From a virus, in IMG/VR virus record IMGVR_UViG_3300032046_005540, positions 32,001 through 96,000 of that record: a DNA stretch of 64,000 bases. One strand, written 5' to 3'. The position numbers were made by a program, and so were the translations under genes. This document shows positions 60,615 through 64,000 of the stretch, in pieces. Below the pieces are notes generated by a model. The model searched no databases and was not told the origin of the DNA. It saw only the letters and a list, made by a program, of their open reading frames with translations. The first letter of the stretch is position 1. Each line of letters opens with the position of its first letter.

Positions 60615-63134
60615 CTATTCTTTAATTTCTTCCAATTTCCTCCACTTTTCTCCTACTTTAATATCAACTTTCATAGGAACTCTAATAGATCCTTCTATTG
60701 TATTATAACCTCTAACAACTTCTTCTTTTGCTATTTGAACAATAATATTCCTTTCTTCTTTAGGAAATTCATAAATTAAAGAGTCATGCACAGTAAGAAC
60801 TAACCTTATTTTACTATTTAATTGTTGTAATCTTTTATCAACTCGAATAGCAGTTATAGCAGTAATATCTGCAGCCATTGATTGTATTGGACTGTTGACT
60901 GCTTGTCTCATTGCTTCACTTTTATCTTTTTCATCATGCCTCTCCATATTTTTACTCCAAGGAATTTGAGCCGCAGGAAGTCTCCTTATACGTCCAAAAG
61001 CATTTACTACTTCTCCGTACTCCTGAGCTACTTTCTTAATATTAACTATCCATTCTTTTGCTTTTGGATAACGATCAAAAAATATTGTCCTAATGCGTTC
61101 CGCATCTTCCTCAGACATTCCATGTTCTGCAGCCAAACTTTTTGCACCTCTTCCATACATAATCCCAAATGTTGAATTTTTTGCTTGTTGTCTTTCGTCT
61201 TTTGTTATTTCTTCAATTTTTTTATTAAAACAAACAGAAGCCGTTTGTTTATGAACATCTATTCCAGAATTGATTGCTTCTATCATTTTCTTATCGTTCG
61301 AATAATGACCCCAACATTTAAATTCTGCTTGGGCGAAGTCAATTTCACATAATTCATATCCTAGTTCTGCAATAAAACATTCTTTAATAACACTATCTCG
61401 AGGAATGTTTTGTAGGTTAGGATTACTACTACTAAGACGACCAGTTACGGTTCCATCTACATGGTAATCAGTATGAATTCTTCCGTTCTCATCAACTCTT
61501 TCAAGCATTCCAATAACATAAGTGCTCAAAAGTTTACTCAAGTCTCTATGTTCTTTTAATTTAACTAATTCAGGAGATTTATCTATTAAACTATCTAAAA
61601 CTTCTGCGTCTGTAGAAAAACTCTTCTTACCACTTTTTCCTCCCTTAGTCATTTTTATAGGTTCAAATCCAAGAACATTAAATAACAATATTCTCAAATG
61701 ATCAGAAGACCTTAAATTAAAAGAAGTAGGTTTTGTATATTTTTGTATATATTCTTCTTTAGGTAATCTCTTAGATTTTAAACTATCAAATCTTTCTTCA
61801 ATCTTTTTTGCAGACCTATTATATAATGCTTTCTCAACTTTTTTAACCGCATCAGTTCCTCGAAATTCTTCTTCAATTTTTTTCAATCGTTTTTCATATT
61901 CAACTCTTAATTCTTTAAGACGGTCTATATCTAATTTAACTCCATAATATTCTGTTTCTAATAAAACTTTTTGAAAAGGTATAGTAATTTTATTAAATAA
62001 TCTCATTAAACCTTGTTTTTTAAGTTCAAGTTTAAATTTTTGGTAACATCTAAAAGTAGCATCTGCGTCGGCCGCAGAATACTTCCAAAGAACTTCATTT
62101 GATATAACTGCATAGGAAGTATTTTTATTAAGTAGATATTTTGACAACTCTTCATCATATTTCCCCATATCAGGAAAATAACGTAAAACCATTGTATCTA
62201 ATCCATGACCCTCTCTTCCAACATTTTCATCTAACAAATGATGAGCCAACATTGTATCAAATGTAAAATTATTTAATTTAATTTCGTTAGATTTTAAAAA
62301 TTGAATATCAAATGATAAGTTCTGACCTATTTTACCAATATTACTTTCTAAAACTTTTTTCAATTGATCTATTATCCATTTTTTTTCTTCAGGTTTCCAA
62401 AATTCTTGACAATGTTGTTGCAATATAGGAAGAACAACTCCAGTTCTTTCTTTCCAAGAAAAACTACAACATAAAATTTTATCTTTCCAAAAATCTAATC
62501 CAGAAGTTTCAGTATCAAAAGCAAAAATATCAACACTATTTAATTTATCAAAAAACTTTTGAGCTTTTTCTATTGTATCTATAATAACATATTTTGGAGG
62601 ATCAGGCTCTACAGGATTCTTTAACCATTCTACAACATTCTTTAAATGATCAACCATTACTCCTTGTAATCCTAAACGTCTACAAATATATGCTGGATGA
62701 AAAGTAGGCATTATCCAACAATTATATTTTTCACTCCAATGTTTTGTTCCTGCCCAAGAAGTACTACCTTCAAGACCTTGAATAGCTTGTAAAGCAATAC
62801 CTCCCAAAGGAACTATAATTTTAGGTTTTACTTTTTGAATTTCTTCTTCAAGGTATGGAAAACAAGCTTTTATTTCTTCAGGCTCTGGATCTCTATTTTC
62901 AGGAGGACGACATCTAACCGTATTGCTGATGTATAAATATTTTCTATCTAATTTTGCTTCCTTTAAAATAATATCAAGGCGTTTACCAGCAACTCCTACA
63001 AAAGGTTCTTTTTGTAAGTCCTCTTCTTTCCCTGGTGCCTCACCCACTAACATAATATCCACAGGGATAGGACCCACACCTTGAATACAAGGATTTTTAC
63101 AAGTCTTAAACAATTTACATTTATTACAACTCAA
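60615..63134 (-). CDS. polA: Family A DNA polymerase with N-terminal family-4 uracil-DNA glycosylase and 3'-5' exonuclease domains
   Basis: CxxCxL, GEAPG, CRPP.NR.P, HPAY; FDTETSG; TGRLSS..PNLQNIP, DFAQAE, RQQAKNSTFGIMYG, VHDS. Confidence 0.95.
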   Translation of the reverse strand: MSCNKCKLFKTCKNPCIQGVGPIPVDIMLVGEAPGKEEDLQKEPFVGVAGKRLDIILKEAKLDRKYLYISNTVRCRPPENRDPEPEEIKACFPYLEEEIQKVKPKIIVPLGGIALQAIQGLEGSTSWAGTKHWSEKYNCWIMPTFHPAYICRRLGLQGVMVDHLKNVVEWLKNPVEPDPPKYVIIDTIEKAQKFFDKLNSVDIFAFDTETSGLDFWKDKILCCSFSWKERTGVVLPILQQHCQEFWKPEEKKWIIDQLKKVLESNIGKIGQNLSFDIQFLKSNEIKLNNFTFDTMLAHHLLDENVGREGHGLDTMVLRYFPDMGKYDEELSKYLLNKNTSYAVISNEVLWKYSAADADATFRCYQKFKLELKKQGLMRLFNKITIPFQKVLLETEYYGVKLDIDRLKELRVEYEKRLKKIEEEFRGTDAVKKVEKALYNRSAKKIEERFDSLKSKRLPKEEYIQKYTKPTSFNLRSSDHLRILLFNVLGFEPIKMTKGGKSGKKSFSTDAEVLDSLIDKSPELVKLKEHRDLSKLLSTYVIGMLERVDENGRIHTDYHVDGTVTGRLSSSNPNLQNIPRDSVIKECFIAELGYELCEIDFAQAEFKCWGHYSNDKKMIEAINSGIDVHKQTASVCFNKKIEEITKDERQQAKNSTFGIMYGRGAKSLAAEHGMSEEDAERIRTIFFDRYPKAKEWIVNIKKVAQEYGEVVNAFGRIRRLPAAQIPWSKNMERHDEKDKSEAMRQAVNSPIQSMAADITAITAIRVDKRLQQLNSKIRLVLTVHDSLIYEFPKEERNIIVQIAKEEVVRGYNTIEGSIRVPMKVDIKVGEKWRKLEEIKE

Positions 63135-63280
63135 TATTTATCTCCAAAATATTTGTTTTAATGTTTTCAAATTAAAATACTTTTTATGTTTTAAAATCGA
63201 AATAAATTTCTTATTTAGATGAAACCATTTTATCCACAAATATAGAATAAATCCTACCCAAAGAAATATCAATAAATAAT

Positions 63281-63532
63281 TTAGCATCCTGTTCCTTTCT
63301 TTCCTGGTAAAACTTCATCTGCTTCTTTATAATATTGTTTAGCGTCTTTTTCTCTTTTCAAATCATTGCTTGGAAAATCATGCCCTTTAAAAATAGGAGG
63401 ACCAGCTCCTCCAGTAATAAGACTATGAACTTCTTCGCCACATTTAGAACATTTATCAATATGTTCTTCTTCCATTAACATTTGTTTTTCCCACCGTTCC
63501 CCACACTTACATAAAAATTCGTATGTAGCCAT
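63281..63532 (-). CDS. FmdB-type Zn-ribbon protein
   Basis: YEFLCKCG..E......CSKCG..IFKG. Confidence 0.75.
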   Translation of the reverse strand: MATYEFLCKCGERWEKQMLMEEEHIDKCSKCGEEVHSLITGGAGPPIFKGHDFPSNDLKREKDAKQYYKEADEVLPGKKGTGC

Positions 63533-63534
63533 AT

Positions 63535-63816
63535 TTACCTCTTTAAATATTCTTTATATGCTTTTTGAAGTTTATCAATAAAAGATTTTAATTCACGAGA
63601 AGTTATAAAAAACATATCAGCTACACCTTTTTCTTTCAAAAACTTAATAAAATCTTTATGCATTAACTCTACTTGAAGAGTTCCATCCTTTGTAGGAATA
63701 ATAGATAATTCCATCTCAGGAATAAGGTCGTCTTTTATTTCCATTTTATACCTCCTTTTATTTACCACTACTTCCAAAACCTTTTTCTCCTCTATCACTT
63801 TCAGAAAGTTCTTCAA
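63535..63816 (-). CDS. Hypothetical protein (true start probably near 63743)
   Basis: SD AGGAGG upstream of MEIKDD. Confidence 0.55.
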   Translation of the reverse strand: MKNFLKVIEEKKVLEVVVNKRRYKMEIKDDLIPEMELSIIPTKDGTLQVELMHKDFIKFLKEKGVADMFFITSRELKSFIDKLQKAYKEYLKR

Positions 63817-64000
63817 CTTGTTTAAATACTACTTGTGGAATAGGTTCAACAAAAGCTTGCCCAACTTTATCTCCAATTTTAACACAATAAGGTTCATTAC
63901 TATGATTATACACAATAGTGCCTAATACTCCTCTGTATCCGCAATCTATAGTTCCATTATGCATTTGTATACCTTTTATTCCTTGACTACTTCTTGCTCT
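63758..64000 (-). CDS. dut: Trimeric dUTPase, 5' end outside the window
   Basis: RSS, GTIDCGYRG, GDKVGQ, RGEKGFGSSG. Confidence 0.93.
   Translation of the reverse strand, partial: RARSSQGIKGIQMHNGTIDCGYRGVLGTIVYNHSNEPYCVKIGDKVGQAFVEPIPQVVFKQVEELSESDRGEKGFGSSGK

Noticed and set aside
124-61175. Plus-strand ORFs in the track
   Set aside because: F/L/I/S-rich antisense shadows of K/E-rich minus-strand genes, with no recognisable motifs.
1-64000. Alternative genetic code (stop-codon reassignment)
   Set aside because: Conserved genes (PolA, RecA, TerL) are full-length under the standard bacterial code and coding density is high.

Overview
This window is an AT-rich (roughly under 30% GC by eye) segment of a large tailed dsDNA phage. 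Essentially all real genes are on the minus strand. In transcription order (64 kb toward 1) it carries four blocks. (i) A replication and nucleotide block: dUTPase, UDG-fused family A DNA polymerase, DUF932-like protein, NDK, a kinase plus TGT-fold pair, RecA, SSB-like protein, tRNA-Leu(UAA), split SbcC with SbcD, primase, MTase, resolvase and an AAA+ ATPase. (ii) A packaging block with an intein-containing terminase large subunit, four related free-standing endonucleases and three large multi-module proteins (945, 1124 and 3263 aa). (iii) A metallophosphoesterase, three proteases, MgtC, SpoVG and lysis-type genes. (iv) Small early-type genes behind a repeated promoter. The standout signal is in the three large proteins. 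They are strings of unrelated or duplicated modules (nucleotidyltransferase, ADP-ribosyltransferase, LRV repeat, KOW/SH3, ferritin-like, two unknown repeated families). A conserved basic linker punctuates almost every module boundary: about 22 copies of L-[SN]-[ML]-R-K-x-[AS] in the 3263-aa protein and about 20 copies of [AST]-S-[IK]-K-K-x-A-like motifs in the other two. The same motif sits near the N-terminus of three small neighbouring proteins. I infer a protease-processed or capsid-targeted effector polyprotein system. All functional calls are from motif recognition by eye; no searches were run.
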